A stretch of DNA of 64,000 bases from Octopus vulgaris (lineage: Eukaryota), in contig OX597826.1 in assembly GCA_951406725.2 (NCBI GenBank), positions 4,464,001 through 4,528,000 of the forward strand, given 5' to 3'. This document shows positions 28,249 to 43,115 of the stretch, one piece after another (the stretch's first letter is position 1; the number at the start of each line of letters is the position of its first letter). Position numbers and translations under genes: made by a program. Below the pieces are notes generated by a model. It saw only the letters and a program-made list of their open reading frames with translations, did not search any database and was not told the DNA's origin.

Positions 28249-28513
28249 CATGCACACACGCCCGCATACTAAATTACATGCGGAGATTTATTTTGTAATT
28301 GTGATGAAAGAGAAATAGACTAGATGCTGCGGTTGTTATTAGCGTTGCTCTTTAGCCCAAGGTCAGCTTTAATTGAGAAGAATGATCAAACGCGTTCCAG
28401 TCATGACTATCCAACTTTCTTTCTTTTTCATTTTTTGCTTTCTTTTTCCAGACATTATTTTTTTGTAGGTCATTATTATTCAACTGTTCAATTGACTCGA
28501 ATATATTGAAATT

Positions 28514-28550
<37 letters not shown>

Positions 28551-29278
28551 CAGCAGCAGCAGTACAAGTAAACAGCAGCAAAAATAGCTTCAGTAACTGT
28601 ACTGAAAATTACCACATCGGCAAACAAAAATGGCGTCATTCTCTCAAAATCACCATGGCTGATATTGTGGTTAATATTCAGTACATGCGTTTTTTTTTTT
28701 GGTTTTTTTTTTTCCATAATTTTATAATTACCTTTTGTACGGAAATGTGTGTAATTCTGGCATCAACAACCCAAATATCCAGAACGTTCCATAAAAATAT
28801 TCTCTTTGTCTACTCATTTCCTATATTTCCTTTGCTTCCATCTCCTCATTCATCTCTCTCTATCTCTCTTTCTCTCTCCATGCATCTTTATCCCTCTTCC
28901 TGTCTGTCTGTCTCTCTGTCTCTGTCTGTCTCTCTGTCTCTCTCTCTCTCTCTCTCTCACTCTCGCTTGCTCACATTCTCTCCCTCTCTTTATTAAAACA
29001 GTCTTTCTTCTAGTCTAATGGACAGTACTGCTTCGAAACATTTCCTATCTATTTAGCTGTTGGAGGGGGCGCAAAAAGCAGTTTTCAGAACATCAACACA
29101 GTTATCACCATCACAAGTTACGAATCAAAGCGCAAGGATCCGCTACGTAGTTTTCACGAGTTACTCGATACAGCAGCTCTCAAAGTCCCTTAAACACTTA
29201 AACACTTAATAAGCAAGCGAGACAATAGATTATAATATCCCATAATATATTACATATATAGTTCGGGTAGAATGGATT

Positions 29279-29497
29279 GGGCGAAATGCTTTAGCGGTGT
29301 TTCGTCTGCCGTTACGTTCTGAGTTCAAATTCCACCGAGGTCGACTTTGCATTTCATCCTTACGGGATCGATTAAATAAGTAGCAGTTACACACTCGGGT
29401 CGATGTAATCGACTTAATCCCTTTATCTGTCTTTGTTTGTCCCCTCTGTGTTTAGCCCCCTGTGAGCAATAAAGAAATAAAATCATCATCATCATCA

Positions 29498-29543
<46 letters not shown>

Positions 29544-29935
29544 CGTTGTTGTTGTTAAGGTGGCAAGCTGGCAGAGTCGTTAGCGCGTTGGATGAAATGC
29601 TTAGAATACTGAGTTCAAATTCCGTCGAGGTCGACTTTGCTTTAATCGACTGGTCCCCTCTCCCAAAATTTCAGGTCTTGTGCCTTTAGTAGAAAGGACT
29701 ATTATTATTATTAGTAGTAGTAAGGCATCGAGCTGGCAGAATCGTTAGCACGCCGGGCGGTATGCTTAGCGGCATTTCATCTGTCTTCACGCTCTGGGTG
29801 CAAATTCCGCCCAGGTAGACTTTGCCTTTCATCCTTTCGGGAGTTGATAAATTAAGTGCCAGTTGAGCACTGGGGTCGATGTAATTGACTACCACGTCGC
29901 CCCCAAATTCCTGGCCTTGTGCCAAAATTTGAAAC

Positions 29936-29975
<40 letters not shown>

Positions 29976-30377
29976 TGTTAAGGTGGCAAGCTGGCAGAAA
30001 CGTTAGCACGCCGGACGAAATGCTTAGCAGTATTTCGTCGGGCGCTGCGTTCTGAGTTCAAATTCCGCCGAGGTCGACTTTGCCTTCCATCCTTTCGGGG
30101 TCGATTAAATAAGTACCAGTTACGCACTGGGGTCGATATAATCGACTTAATCTATTTGTCTGTCCTTGTTTGTCCTCTCTGTGTTTAGCCCCTTGAGGGT
30201 AGTAAAGAAATAGGTATTTCGCTTGTCCCTTCAGCCTAAGATCAAAATCCGCTGATACCGACTTTGCATTTCATCCTTCCGGGGTCGATGAAATAAGTAC
30301 CCGTAAAACACTGAGGACGATGTAATCGACTGGTCCCCACTCCCGAAATTTCTGGCTTTGTGCCTTTAGTAGAAAGG

Positions 30378-30380
<3 letters not shown>
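29279..30380 (+). mobile_element. Head-to-tail cluster of about 5 SINE family B units separated by (ATT)n
   Basis: Units start at 29279, 29557, 29722, 29980 and 30213. Shared core GAGTTCAAATTCCGCCGAGGTCGACTTTGCCTTTCATCCTTTCGGGGTCGAT. Confidence 0.9.
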
Positions 30381-30765
<385 letters not shown>

Positions 30766-31683
30766 TCAATTTACTTCTCTACAGGCCAAACAGAAATCAA
30801 GTTACACAAAACAAACGCAACATAATTTCAGATGGCATGAAAAATCATCTCATAATAATTGACATAACAGTATCGAGTGTCGTGAGAAATCACGCTGATT
30901 TAGCGAGAGAAACGAAAGCAGTGCGACATAGAAGAAAATGCCTTTTATCATTCCATTTGTAATTGCTACGCTGTGAATGTTACACAATCGTTTTGCGGAA
31001 CATACTGTCACCTTAGTTTATGGCACATTATGAGTTGCTGCTGTTGTTGTTATAGAATTTCTGGTACATATATATATATATGTGTGTGTGTGTGTGTATC
31101 TATGTATATGTATACATATAGATGTAAATGAATACGTATATATGTATGTATATACGTACGTGTATAGATATATGTGTGCGTGTGTGTATGTAATTGCGTA
31201 TATATGTATGCACATGTATATATATATATATGTATATATATATGTATGTACGTATATATGAATATATATATATATATCCATATATACATACGTATATTTA
31301 TGTATGTATATAAATGTATATATATGTTTATATCTATATATATTTATGGATATATATATATATATGTATATACGTATATATGTGAGTATATACGTATGCA
31401 AGTATATATATGTATATATGTATGTGTATATACATTTATACGTATGTGTGTGCGTACGTATATATATATATATATATATCTATATACTTGTGTGCACTTG
31501 TATATATATATATATATATATATGTATATGTATGTATATATGTGCGTGTTGTTGTTGTTTTCTTTGCCTGTGTTTTTCTCTCAACTTAGCTTCCATTCGT
31601 CGGTATAGTTTTCTTTCTGTAGTAGGTCCATCATCCCAGCAGGTGTATTAGTACGCAAACACACACGCACATCTCTCTCTCTT

Positions 31684-31746
<63 letters not shown>

Positions 31747-32668
31747 ATCTATTCACCCATCCATCCAGCTATCCACTCATCCAAACAGACAGCCAGCCAG
31801 CCATACACTTCAAAATAAGGTTCACTCGAAACATTAATCTGCTTCATTTCCTTTTTCCGCGTACGTTTCACTGTGCGCAGCCTTATCTTTTTATTACTTA
31901 GTTTAACAATTTGTTCGCTATTTTTTTTTTTTTTACCTTTCTCTACCTCTCATGTTGTCTAGCTATCCATCGCTTACCTATTTTACCTACATACTCACTG
32001 ATACGTTGACACTAGCATCGATAAGTATTGGATCTCGCTTTGAAAATTTATGCTGCAAGGGCCATTCTCAGCAGGTTGATCTGAGGTTGGAGCCATGGAT
32101 TTCGTTCCTCTCATCTTATCAAACACTAGAGGAGATGAATTGTTGCTTAATGATACAGAATGGGACGTCTGGATCTTTGACTTACAGGAACAACTCATTT
32201 TTGCTAGCTGAGGCGTTTTGTTCAAGAATACAAGGCCCCGATGGGAATCGAACTGACAATGCTATAATCGTTGCGCAAATGCCCAAACTACGAAGCCACG
32301 CATCGTCACCTGTATGTTACTGAACAAGGTAAAGTCAAAGCCAGAACTGATACAATTTGCCAACAGTATCGACGCAAACAGTACTCAATGCCAGGGTTAG
32401 AGTTTCATCATAGATTTATTGGAAGCTAACAATATCAAGAGCGATTAATTCATGTTTCACTCCTCCGATTTTCGATCGTCATAGGACTTTTCACGAGCGG
32501 TCGAAGAACTGCTCCGAGAACTGACGTAGTAATTTTCTGAACAGTTGCTCTGCTTCCACGATGCATAAAGGCATATATATATATATATATAAATGGTGAT
32601 GTAAATAATAGGGATGAGGAAGAGCAACTGTATGCTACATACAAGTGCACCAATTTATGCATAATTAC

Positions 32669-32715
<47 letters not shown>

Positions 32716-32970
32716 GCATACATAGATGTATGTATACATCTCCCAGACAACTCAGATATTTCACTATAAAACATGTTTAAACATTGCTTCAATTATTGGA
32801 TACATTTACATATACAAACTATACATATATGCACGTGAGTGTGCATGTATATATATATACATATATATATATGTCTTCTCTGTGGATACACACGCATACA
32901 CGTATATGTATATATATATATATATAAATCTCTCTGTACGTATGCATATATCTATATATATATATATCTA

Positions 32971-33010
<40 letters not shown>

Positions 33011-33043
33011 CATCTCTCTCTATATATATATGTATGTGTGTGT

Positions 33044-33078
<35 letters not shown>

Positions 33079-33440
33079 TATTCACCCCACTCTATACACA
33101 CACATAAACTGAGGTACATATACATACACACAGGCATTACGCACAGAGGAAAAGTTACACGCAAATTCTCCGCTTCATTGCACACATTATTCACATTATT
33201 CACACTGTCCGCCATATTTCCCTTGTTTCCATCACCATAACATCACGACGGACACGGTCCAGTGACTCGCACCACCTTAATGTTACATGCTATATCTACT
33301 GGTTTACGCTTCACTGAACAAATAAACTGGGAGCTCACACCTTCGTCTCCATTTATGCGTTCAATTTCAGTCCCTCCCAATCTACTATCGATCAAAAAGA
33401 ATTATATATATATACGTATATATATATACACACATATATA

Positions 33441-33516
<76 letters not shown>

Positions 33517-33555
33517 CACATACATATATACACATACATATATATATATGTATAC

Positions 33556-33589
<34 letters not shown>

Positions 33590-33779
33590 ATATATATGTT
33601 TGTATATATGTATATGTATATATGTATATATATGGAAGTGAGAATAAATACAGACTCTTTTGATTCATATTTCCCTTATTCTGTTTATTTTATTCTATTT
33701 TATTTTAATTTTTTCTTACATTTTGGTTCGTATTTTTTGTTACAGAAACACACTTAATATATATATATATACATATATG

Positions 33780-33812
<33 letters not shown>

Positions 33813-33852
33813 ATATTTATACATATGTGTGTGTACGTAAGTTTTTGTATGC

Positions 33853-33897
<45 letters not shown>

Positions 33898-33984
33898 ATG
33901 TGTGTGTGTGTGTGTGTGTGTGTCTGTGTGTATATACGTACAGATGTGTGAATACTTGTGCGAGTATTGTATGTTCATATATAG

Positions 33985-34023
<39 letters not shown>

Positions 34024-34426
34024 CATACACACTCGCACAAGTACATACACGTATGCGTGTGTGTATGTATGTATGTATGTATGTATGTATGTATGTATGT
34101 ATGTGTGTATGTATGTATGTATGTGTGTATGTATGTATGAGTGTGTGTTATGCATTTATCTCCACAATATTGCTTTGTTTTCATAGTATAAAATAGATCA
34201 CTTATTCACAATAAATGTATTGTTTGAAAATTTATTCCAATACATTACATATACGCACACGTACACTCACTTACACACAAGTGCTCATATATACACATAC
34301 ATAAATATACATATATATACATATACACATAAGCAGACTCCTCACTAACAATCTAAAAGAAACACACTTGCATACAAAGAATACAAATATATCACAAATA
34401 TGAACGCAAACACACACACCACTCAC

Positions 34427-34466
<40 letters not shown>

Positions 34467-34668
34467 CATACAAATATACATGTGTGTGTAAATATATATA
34501 CATATATGTAAATATATATACATATATGCAAATATATATATATACATATATGCAAATATATATACATATATGCACATATATTTACTTGTTGCACTGTCTG
34601 TACGATTGGTTGTCCCTAGACGTAAATACATCATTTCGTATATATACATACACTCGCAAAGCACATTA

Positions 34669-34713
<45 letters not shown>

Positions 34714-35481
34714 CATATTTCCTGAAGGGATGCAAACTGTGTTGAATACGATAAAACAGTGATATGTTTCTGATATGTTTTAGGGGAAAATTTTTTTTTT
34801 TAGAAAGGAAGAAAAATAAGAAAAAGAAAATACAGCGATGATGTTTAAAGGGAAACAAAGATAAACGCTATGAATAGATATATAGAATAAAGATACATTT
34901 AGGGATGGCTGTGTAGAGAAGAGCTCTGTGATAATCGATGACAATAACATACTGGTTGACTGCGCTAGTGATTGCTTTTGTGAATGTGTGTGGTGATGTA
35001 TATGGGTCTTTTTTTTGTTTTATATGTACATTTGTGTATGTGCGTATTTGTTTGTATGTGTTGAATGTTGAATATGCCGGTGCTTCTATGTGCGTATGTT
35101 TGGTTTAGCACGTGTTGAAGGCGACGAGTGAGAATCAAAACAGTAACAGATAAAGACAGAAAAATAAACCGGAACCTTGAAGAGAGAGCTGCCGTCTGTG
35201 TCACACTCACGCAATCATATGAAGACCAATGCACACATTTAGACAGATATAGTCATATTACAATCCAGCAGGGCATACATACACACAAGCAGCCATCCAC
35301 CCATCCATCCATCCATCGATTCATCGATTCATACATACATACATATATACATATATACATATATGCCTACGTATGTTTGACTGTAACATAGCTTGCAACA
35401 GTAAAACAACCGAATAAGGATAGGTAAATGCATACACACATGCACATATATATATATGCAATGTCCTTGTATATATGTATG

Positions 35482-35526
<45 letters not shown>

Positions 35527-35580
35527 TACTAATAATAATATATATATAATATATAATTATATGCATATATACATACATAT

Positions 35581-36250
35581 ATGTATATACCTACATATAT
35601 ATATGTATATATACATGCATATATGGGTACAGGACATGAGAAAAACGTAGAACACAATGAGAAACGAAAACATAACAAAAACATGGAAACGATTTTTTTT
35701 CAAACACCAAAATCTGAGTACAAGATATACAACACAAAGAATATTCCCCTTCTTCAGTTGTTCCTGTTTCGTCTACTCCATATAGTAAAGTGCCGCGTGT
35801 GAATGAATATGTGTTTGCATATGGCTGGAATGGTAGATTTATCATAGTATCCTTACAAATATTTGTTTTCATTTTTAAATATTTGAATTCTTCCTCTAAA
35901 GGGACCAGTTACTTTCTATCAAAGAATCAAAGCTGCTTCATTGCAATTTTCGTTAACAACCTCTACAAGTGTTATATATAAGCTTTGCATATTTTTCATT
36001 CGCCTGCAGGTTTTTGTTAGCTACATGCCTTTTTCCGAATAGTCGCTTAGATATTTGCTAAAATAACACAGTAGCACATTAATCGTAGGTATAAATGTGA
36101 ATTTATAACCAGGCTTGTGATGATGTAGATTTTGATTATATTAACAATAAATATCTTTTATGTACTGATTTTAAAAGAATAATCACGTTGGCAGGGTGAC
36201 TGGTTTACACAGATGTATTTGGGTTCACTTTTTTGTATTGATATCTATGT
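35581..36250 (-). pseudogene. Penelope-like element fossil (C-terminal RT/linker plus terminal repeat)
   Basis: Minus-strand fragments SEPKYI, SHPANVI..LKSVHKR, RMKNMQSL and PLEEE resemble PLE thumb/linker motifs. The 35581-35780 end is homologous to 48275-48440. Confidence 0.55.
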
Positions 36251-36630
36251 ATATATCCACCAACATTAGGATTCTTAATGAATCCAAGCTTACTCTTTCA
36301 TATGGATGGCATTATATATTGTTTCAGCAATGACATCATGCCAGAAGAGTAGCAAGTCGTACCTTCACTATTGGGAGCCAGTTACTGAACACACATATAT
36401 CATCCACAGAGACATGACATAAACTCCACGATAATGCAATTATGGTGGAGTTTAATGATCTCACTGTTTCTTTTATTCAATATGCTCTACTTTGCTATTT
36501 CTTGCATTTCGATTGCAAAGACATAATCTTCAGAATGTGATGTAATCGAACTGACATGAGTCTAAGAGATGCTTAGATTTTGGTTATAGTCAGCATTATC
36601 CTCAGGTTTATGATAGACACTCTCGTACAC

Positions 36631-36765
36631 TACTTTTTACTCTTTTACTCTTCTACATGTTTCAGTCATTTGACTTCGGCCATGCTGGAGCACCGCCTTC
36701 TAGTCGAAGAAATCGGCCGCAGGACGTATTCGCTGTAAGCCTAGTACTTATTTTATCGGTTCTTC
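36631..36765 (-). mobile_element. SINE family A 3' fragment
   Basis: TTTTACTC tail repeats, then TTTCAGTCATTTGAC..GGCCATGCTGGAGCACCGCC. Confidence 0.85.
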
Positions 36766-38219
36766 TATGAAAACTCTATATTTACTCATAGCCCCTATGT
36801 ATGCATGCATGTATGTATGTATGTATGGATGGATGGATGGATGGATGGATGGATGGATGGATGGATGCATGCCTTTAAGCCTAGATGGATATGTTATGTG
36901 TATATGCGTGTATTTGTTCATGTTGTATATATGCGCATTTTTGTGCATCTGTATGAGTGTGTGGATAAATAGAGGTAGCTAGGAAGGTAGATAGGTAGTT
37001 ATATACACATACGTATGTGCTTGAGTGCTTGTGTCTGCATATATATATGTGTATGTGACTGGGTGTTTGTAAGTATATGGGGTGTATACGCCAGATATTG
37101 AAAGGTTGTCGAGTATGGGACGACAAGGTGAGAAAGGCAATGAAACGTAACTAGATTTAAGAGAAGTCAGACATAGATACGGACACACAGACAGACAGGA
37201 GGGGGAAAGAGTTTGAATGAGAATGTGAGATACGAAAAGCAACAGAGTAAGAAAGAGTGAGCAAGAAAGAAAACGAGAAAAAAAAGTGAAGAAGAAAAGA
37301 AGAAAAGAAGGAAGAAGATAAGACTGAGTGGCGAGAACGAAAGAAAAAGCAAGAGAAACGCAAGAAAGAAAGAAAGGAAGGGAGAAAAGAAAGAAAGCAA
37401 GAAAGAACAGCAACACGGGAGACGGTGGTGGTGGTGGGAGAGATATAGAGAAAAGAAAAGAGAAAAACAGATGTGTGTGTGAGATATGAGAGCAACAGAA
37501 AGGAGGAAGGAAAGAGAGGAAGAGGCGGTTACGTAGTAATGCTCTCCATCAACAGTGACTGATCCGTAAACACTTCACGGTTGAATGGCTGACTCATGCT
37601 CGATAGATAATCCGATAGGTGGTGCTAGTGTATGGGGGTGGTGGTGGTGGTTGTGGGTTCGATTGGAACGTGAAGGATGTGTGTGTGGGGGATGTGAAGG
37701 ATGTGTATATGCGTGTGTGGGTGGGTGGGTGGGGAGGAGTGGAGAGGGGGGCGGGTGCGTTTAGGGACGGCGGCGTGTTGATAGGGTGTGAGTAGGGTAT
37801 TGGGACGTTGTCTAAGGATATCGATTGTCTGCTTACAGATCTGTATTGATCACTTATTTGGTCGATGGCTGGCGATGATACTCTAACGATAATGGTGGTT
37901 ATTATGATGATGATGATCATCATCATCATCATCATCATAATTATGGTGGTGGTGGTGTTGGTGGTGTTTGGTGGTGGTGGTGGTGGTGATGTTTGTGTTG
38001 ATAATGATGAATATGGATGACGTTAGTAATGACAATGAAGATAATAATGATATTGTGTATGCGCATGTGCGTGCATGGGTGTATCCGTACGTGCGTGTGC
38101 TTTCTTCGTTATTAAAATACAATAGTAACATCAATATAAGTAAACTCATTGACTTTACCGACAACGACATCACCACCAGCAACAAGAACAAAAAAAATCA
38201 TTGAAATTAATAATATTAA

Positions 38220-38279
<60 letters not shown>

Positions 38280-38284
<5 letters not shown>

Positions 38285-38832
38285 GCCCAGATGCAGTACT
38301 AGGCAGTGGCTCTCTTGGCTTCTGATCTTAACTGATTCGAAGTGTTATAATGTACATTGTTTTGTGTTGGTATAAAAGATGGGCTACAGCAAATATTCTG
38401 CTCAATACCTCATATTTACTTGTCAGTTGTTTGACCTTAACCAGTTGAGCATGTCCCTTAGTGGCTGACGGTACGTGCATCTCTGATCACGAGCAGAAGT
38501 AGTGGGGGAGCATCATAGCCATGTGTTGAGAGGGATTCTTTGGGATTTGAATAATTCACCTTTGGAAACATGGGTGTTTCGTTCAACATCCTTAAACAAT
38601 CCTTATTCAGGGACCTTTTGAGTGGGTTGGGTTACTCGACCAGAAGAAAACTGGGCCCCACCTGCAAGGTCATGTGCTGTTTATCTTGAGATGAGATCAC
38701 CATGTCGCGCACATATGGTTGTGATGCATGTGCCTAGTGTACCCTTATCAGACAGGTAATCATGATGGGTATACTGGGCTTTGTATATTTTACTCCAGTA
38801 TCACTTTGATGGCATGCACTGCTCTCTCACTC
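38280..38832. mobile_element. Interspersed repeat family D inserted in (AAT)n
   Basis: Homologous to 39367-40021 over ~500 bp; AAT repeats on both sides. Confidence 0.8.
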
Positions 38833-38932
38833 AATAATAATAATAACTAGTAGCAGTAATAACAATAGTTATTATTATCATTGTTATTACTGCTACTAAT
38901 AATCATTGCTATTATCATTAGTATTATATTTT

Positions 38933-39346
38933 GGCGATGAGGTGGCAGAATGGTTAGCGCTCCGGGTGAAACACTTAGCGGCATTTCGTCCGTCTTTACG
39001 TTCTGAGTACAGATTCCACAATGGTTGAATTTGCCTTTCATACTTTTGGGGTCGGGAAAATAAGTATCATTTGAGTACTGGGGTCAATGTAATCAATTTA
39101 CTCCCTCCCCGATCTTGTTGGTTGTGGACCAAAATTTGTCGTTAGTATTCTTTCTAATAGTGATACAAGGCCTGAAATATAGGAAGAAAAGGACTTGTTG
39201 ATACCTTCTAACCCAGAACTTGACTGATTTCATCCCGAAAGGATGAAAGGTTAATTGATCTCAGCGGGATTTGAACTTAGAATTTGAAGATCCAGACATA
39301 CACCGTATGACATTTTGTCTGAATCTATAACGATTCTGCCAATCCA
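38933..39346. mobile_element. Two SINE family B copies in tail-to-tail inverted orientation
   Basis: Plus copy ~38933-39149 (TTGCCTTTCATAC); minus copy ~39150-39346 (CCCGAAAGGATGAAAGG, GATTTGAACT, AACGATTCTGCCA). Confidence 0.75.
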
Positions 39347-39366
39347 CTGATCAATAAGGAAGATCA

Positions 39367-40021
39367 AGTGGCTCTCATGGCTTCTGATCTTAATTGATTG
39401 GAAGTGTTATCATGTATGTACATGTTCTGTCTTTGTGTAAAGATGGGATGCAGCAAATATTCTACTCAGGACCACATATTTGCTTGTCCGTTGTTTGACC
39501 TTAACCAGTTAAGCTTGTCCTTAGTGGCTGACAATGTGTGCATCTCTGATCACGTGCAGTAGTGGGGGAACATCATATCCACGTGTTAAGAGGAATTCTT
39601 CGGGGTTTGAATGATTTATCCCAGGAAATATGGGTGTTTTATTCATCATTCTTAAACAACATTTAATCAGGGACTATTCGAGTGGGATAGGCCACTCGAC
39701 CTAAAGATACTTCTTACTGGGCCCCACCTGCCAGGTCATGCGCTCTTTGTCTTAATATGAGGGCCCCACCTGCCAGGTCATGCGCTCTTTGTCTTAATAT
39801 GAGGGCCCCACCTGCTAGGTCATGCGCTATTTGTTTTAATATGAGGGCCCCACCCGCCAGGTCATGCGCTCTTTGTCTTAATATGAGGTTACCGTGTTTC
39901 GGTCCAGTTGTGATGCATGTACTCTTATTAGACGGCTTGTCATGATGGATATCTTGTTTTTTTTTTTGTATATTTCTACCCCTGCGTCACTTTCATAGTG
40001 TGTGTGCTGCTTTCCCACACA
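39367..40021. mobile_element. Second family D copy carrying an internal 4x42-bp tandem amplification
   Basis: Aligns by eye to 38307-38832; the 42-bp unit GGGCCCCACCTGCCAGGTCATGCGCTCTTTGTCTTAATATGA occurs four times at 39719-39886. Confidence 0.85.
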
Positions 40022-40034
40022 AGAAAAATAATAT

Positions 40035-40155
40035 TGGTTTCAAATTTTGCCACAAGTCCAGCAATTTTGGGGAAGGGCTATTGGATTACATCGCCCTCAG
40101 TGCTTCATTGGTACTTATTTTATCAGCCCTGAGTGAATGAAAGGCAAAGTCGATC
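40035..40155 (-). mobile_element. SINE family B 3' fragment
   Basis: GGTTTCAAATTTTG...GGTACTTATTTTATC...GAATGAAAGGCAAAGTCGA. Confidence 0.75.
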
Positions 40156-41049
40156 CATCACTGCTTTTCACTACACCTAAACCAGGCATTTTATAGTTTC
40201 TGCTTTGAAGGGCCATCGAAATGTACAGTTTAATTTACCTTTGTGAGCGTCCAGGATCTCTCAAAGGCATGGATATTTACCCTGCCACATTCAAAATATC
40301 AAAAACTCCCTCCCTCCCTCTACTTCTCCCATTCTACTTAGAAAAGCTTAGTGAGTCGACATATACAGACTCATTAGTCTTTGTTCTGTCACTCCCCTTT
40401 CGTGAGACATTGAAAGGCAGCACCACATTCTCTAACCGCATCTCTATCTGAATGTAGTATTAAAGATGTTGATGAAAGATTCGCTAGAGAAAGAATCTTT
40501 CATCAACCTCATCAGAGTACATTAAGCATCGTCTTTTGTCAGAGATACCTGCAAAATAGCTATTATTTAATGCCTACCTCTTGGTTTCTGGCTTGAGAAC
40601 ATTTACCGCCCAACTCTGGCTTTCATCCTTATTTGGGGGCCGATAAACTAAATTACCAGTGAACTAACTACCCACATCAAAGTACTATTTGATTATGCTA
40701 GTTTTATCTTCGAGTTTATAGTCTTCTGTCTGCGTGAGAATGCAGAAATATTGTTAGTATGTTAGTTAAAAATTATAATTAAAAAGTAAAGACTTGAGGA
40801 ATTTCAGCAGCTCTACCTTAAATTACAAACGTAACCAGACCATCTCCAACTATATATTTTGGTCTTACTTCCATCACCACCACCACCACTACCACCACTA
40901 CTGGTACTGTTCTCGAAGGCAAAACTGAATCAGAAGCAACAACCATATTGAAATTTATACATATGTGTGTGTTTGTGTGTGAGAAAATATTCTTGTTTGA
41001 ACATGTTTTGCAGTGGAAACAAGAGTATAAATACTCAGACACGTGCGTG

Positions 41050-41127
<78 letters not shown>

Positions 41128-41739
41128 TGCGTGCGTGGTTTGGCGTGGGTGAGTGAGTGTAATGAAAAGAAACAGGAAGAAAGAAACTGAGATGAGGCAT
41201 AAAATGTTTTCTGAATAAAAAATCCATAAATACGTTTGGCATAAGATTAGAAACGTTGGAAAGAACAAACGGAACAACATTTATTTCTTCTGTTTGTCAT
41301 TTTTTTTTTTTTTCAAGAATATCTTTGGACAACAAACCTTCGGCAAAATTCCTTCTCCTACAATATACGGAATGACAAGACTTTGAAATTTTAAGCATAA
41401 GTTACATACTTATCGATACGTATCGATATTTCAACGTAAGCACAGTCATTGGCAGATTTTGAAGGAATCGATAACACCCGATCCGATAGCAGGAAATTAC
41501 TTGATCGCGGTGTCGCCATCGCCAGGAGGATCGAACCAAGAACCAAATGATCACAGATTAATGCTTCTTAACTCACACTGCCACATGCCTGCGGCGAACT
41601 GACGAGTGAATATTGGAACGAAATGTTCGTGGCTTTGAGGCATAAAGTTAATAAACAATTGAATCGTGAAAAATATTGGAATCACTCCAAGCACAACGCA
41701 AAACTACACCGAACCTCGCTACAGTGCATGTTCCTGACT

Positions 41740-43040
41740 AATGCTGCTGCTGCTGCTGCTGCTGCTGCTACTACTACTACTATTGCTGCTGCTACTACTA
41801 CTACTACTATAATACCTACTACTAGTAGTAGTAGTAGTAGTACTACTACTACTACTACTACCACTACTACTATACCTACTACTACTACTACCACTACTAC
41901 TAAACCTACTACTACCACACCTACTACTACTTCTACTACTACTACTAACAACAACAATAATATTACCATCACTACTTCTAACAGGTCCGTCGCAATTACT
42001 ATTAATATTACTGCTACTACTATTACCACCACTACTAATATAAACACCAGTAACATCATACTACTTCTACTGATAACACTACCACCATCACCACTACAGA
42101 TACCGTAACCATCACTATACTACTACTGCAACTAACACCACTACGACCACTTTCATTATCCCTAGTGCACGACTGAATGTTACCACCACCATCCCGAGTT
42201 AATGGTACTTCTAACTGCTCGCTCGATCTGATAGAAATAGATGTTTAATGTCAAATAAATCACACATTAGCGCCAAATTAAAGGAAGAGCTTATTGATAT
42301 AACGTAATAACCTTAAATACACTGTCTGTGAAATAAGAGACGATGGTCAGTGTCTCTGATCACAGAGGAATTCCTGAGACAGGAGGTCCATGGGGGTCAA
42401 CAACAGTCACTATCGCCCTCTACAATTATGCACTATACTTTAAGATGAGACGCCGCCATTAAAATTGCTACCAACATCATAAGCATTACCACCTCCACAA
42501 CCACCAACAATAGCACCACTACCACCCTCGCCAGCAATACCACCTACACTAGCAAGAAACCAGCAGCATGGTCACGACATTGCAGCAGTAAAAACATTCT
42601 CAAAACACCATCCTCACCACCGTCACTACCATCACCACCACCACCACCGTCCACACCACTCTCAATGACATAATACCACAACTGTCACCATCTTTGCCGC
42701 CGTAACCATCACTATTAACGCCCTACTCCTTCACATATCTGTCGTGTTAAACCTGCGTATCCGCATCGCATAAACCCCCAACATGACCCCGGAGTCACCA
42801 GCAGCATTTCAACCACATCACCAGTAGTACTAACTAACACCGCCATCGTTGCTGTCACAACCAGCACTAACACAACCACAGACCAATACTACCACCATCA
42901 CTGCTACAACTACACCATACCAAATCATTCCATACTACAACCAAGTAGCAAAATCTATCGACGGGGTTCCACGCACGTCATATCGCGAAACAATCGTAAC
43001 TACTACCACCATCACCCCCAGAAAAAGTACAATACAAACG

Positions 43041-43097
<57 letters not shown>

Positions 43098-43115
43098 GCT
43101 GCTACTACTACTACT
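41740..43115. repeat. Degenerate ACT/ACC trinucleotide low-complexity tract
   Basis: GCT, ACT and ACC repeats; these give rise to the poly-Thr ORFs. Confidence 0.85.

Noticed and set aside
39719-39886. CRISPR-like array
   Set aside because: The units are contiguous with no unique spacers, lie inside a eukaryotic repeat, and have no cas genes nearby.
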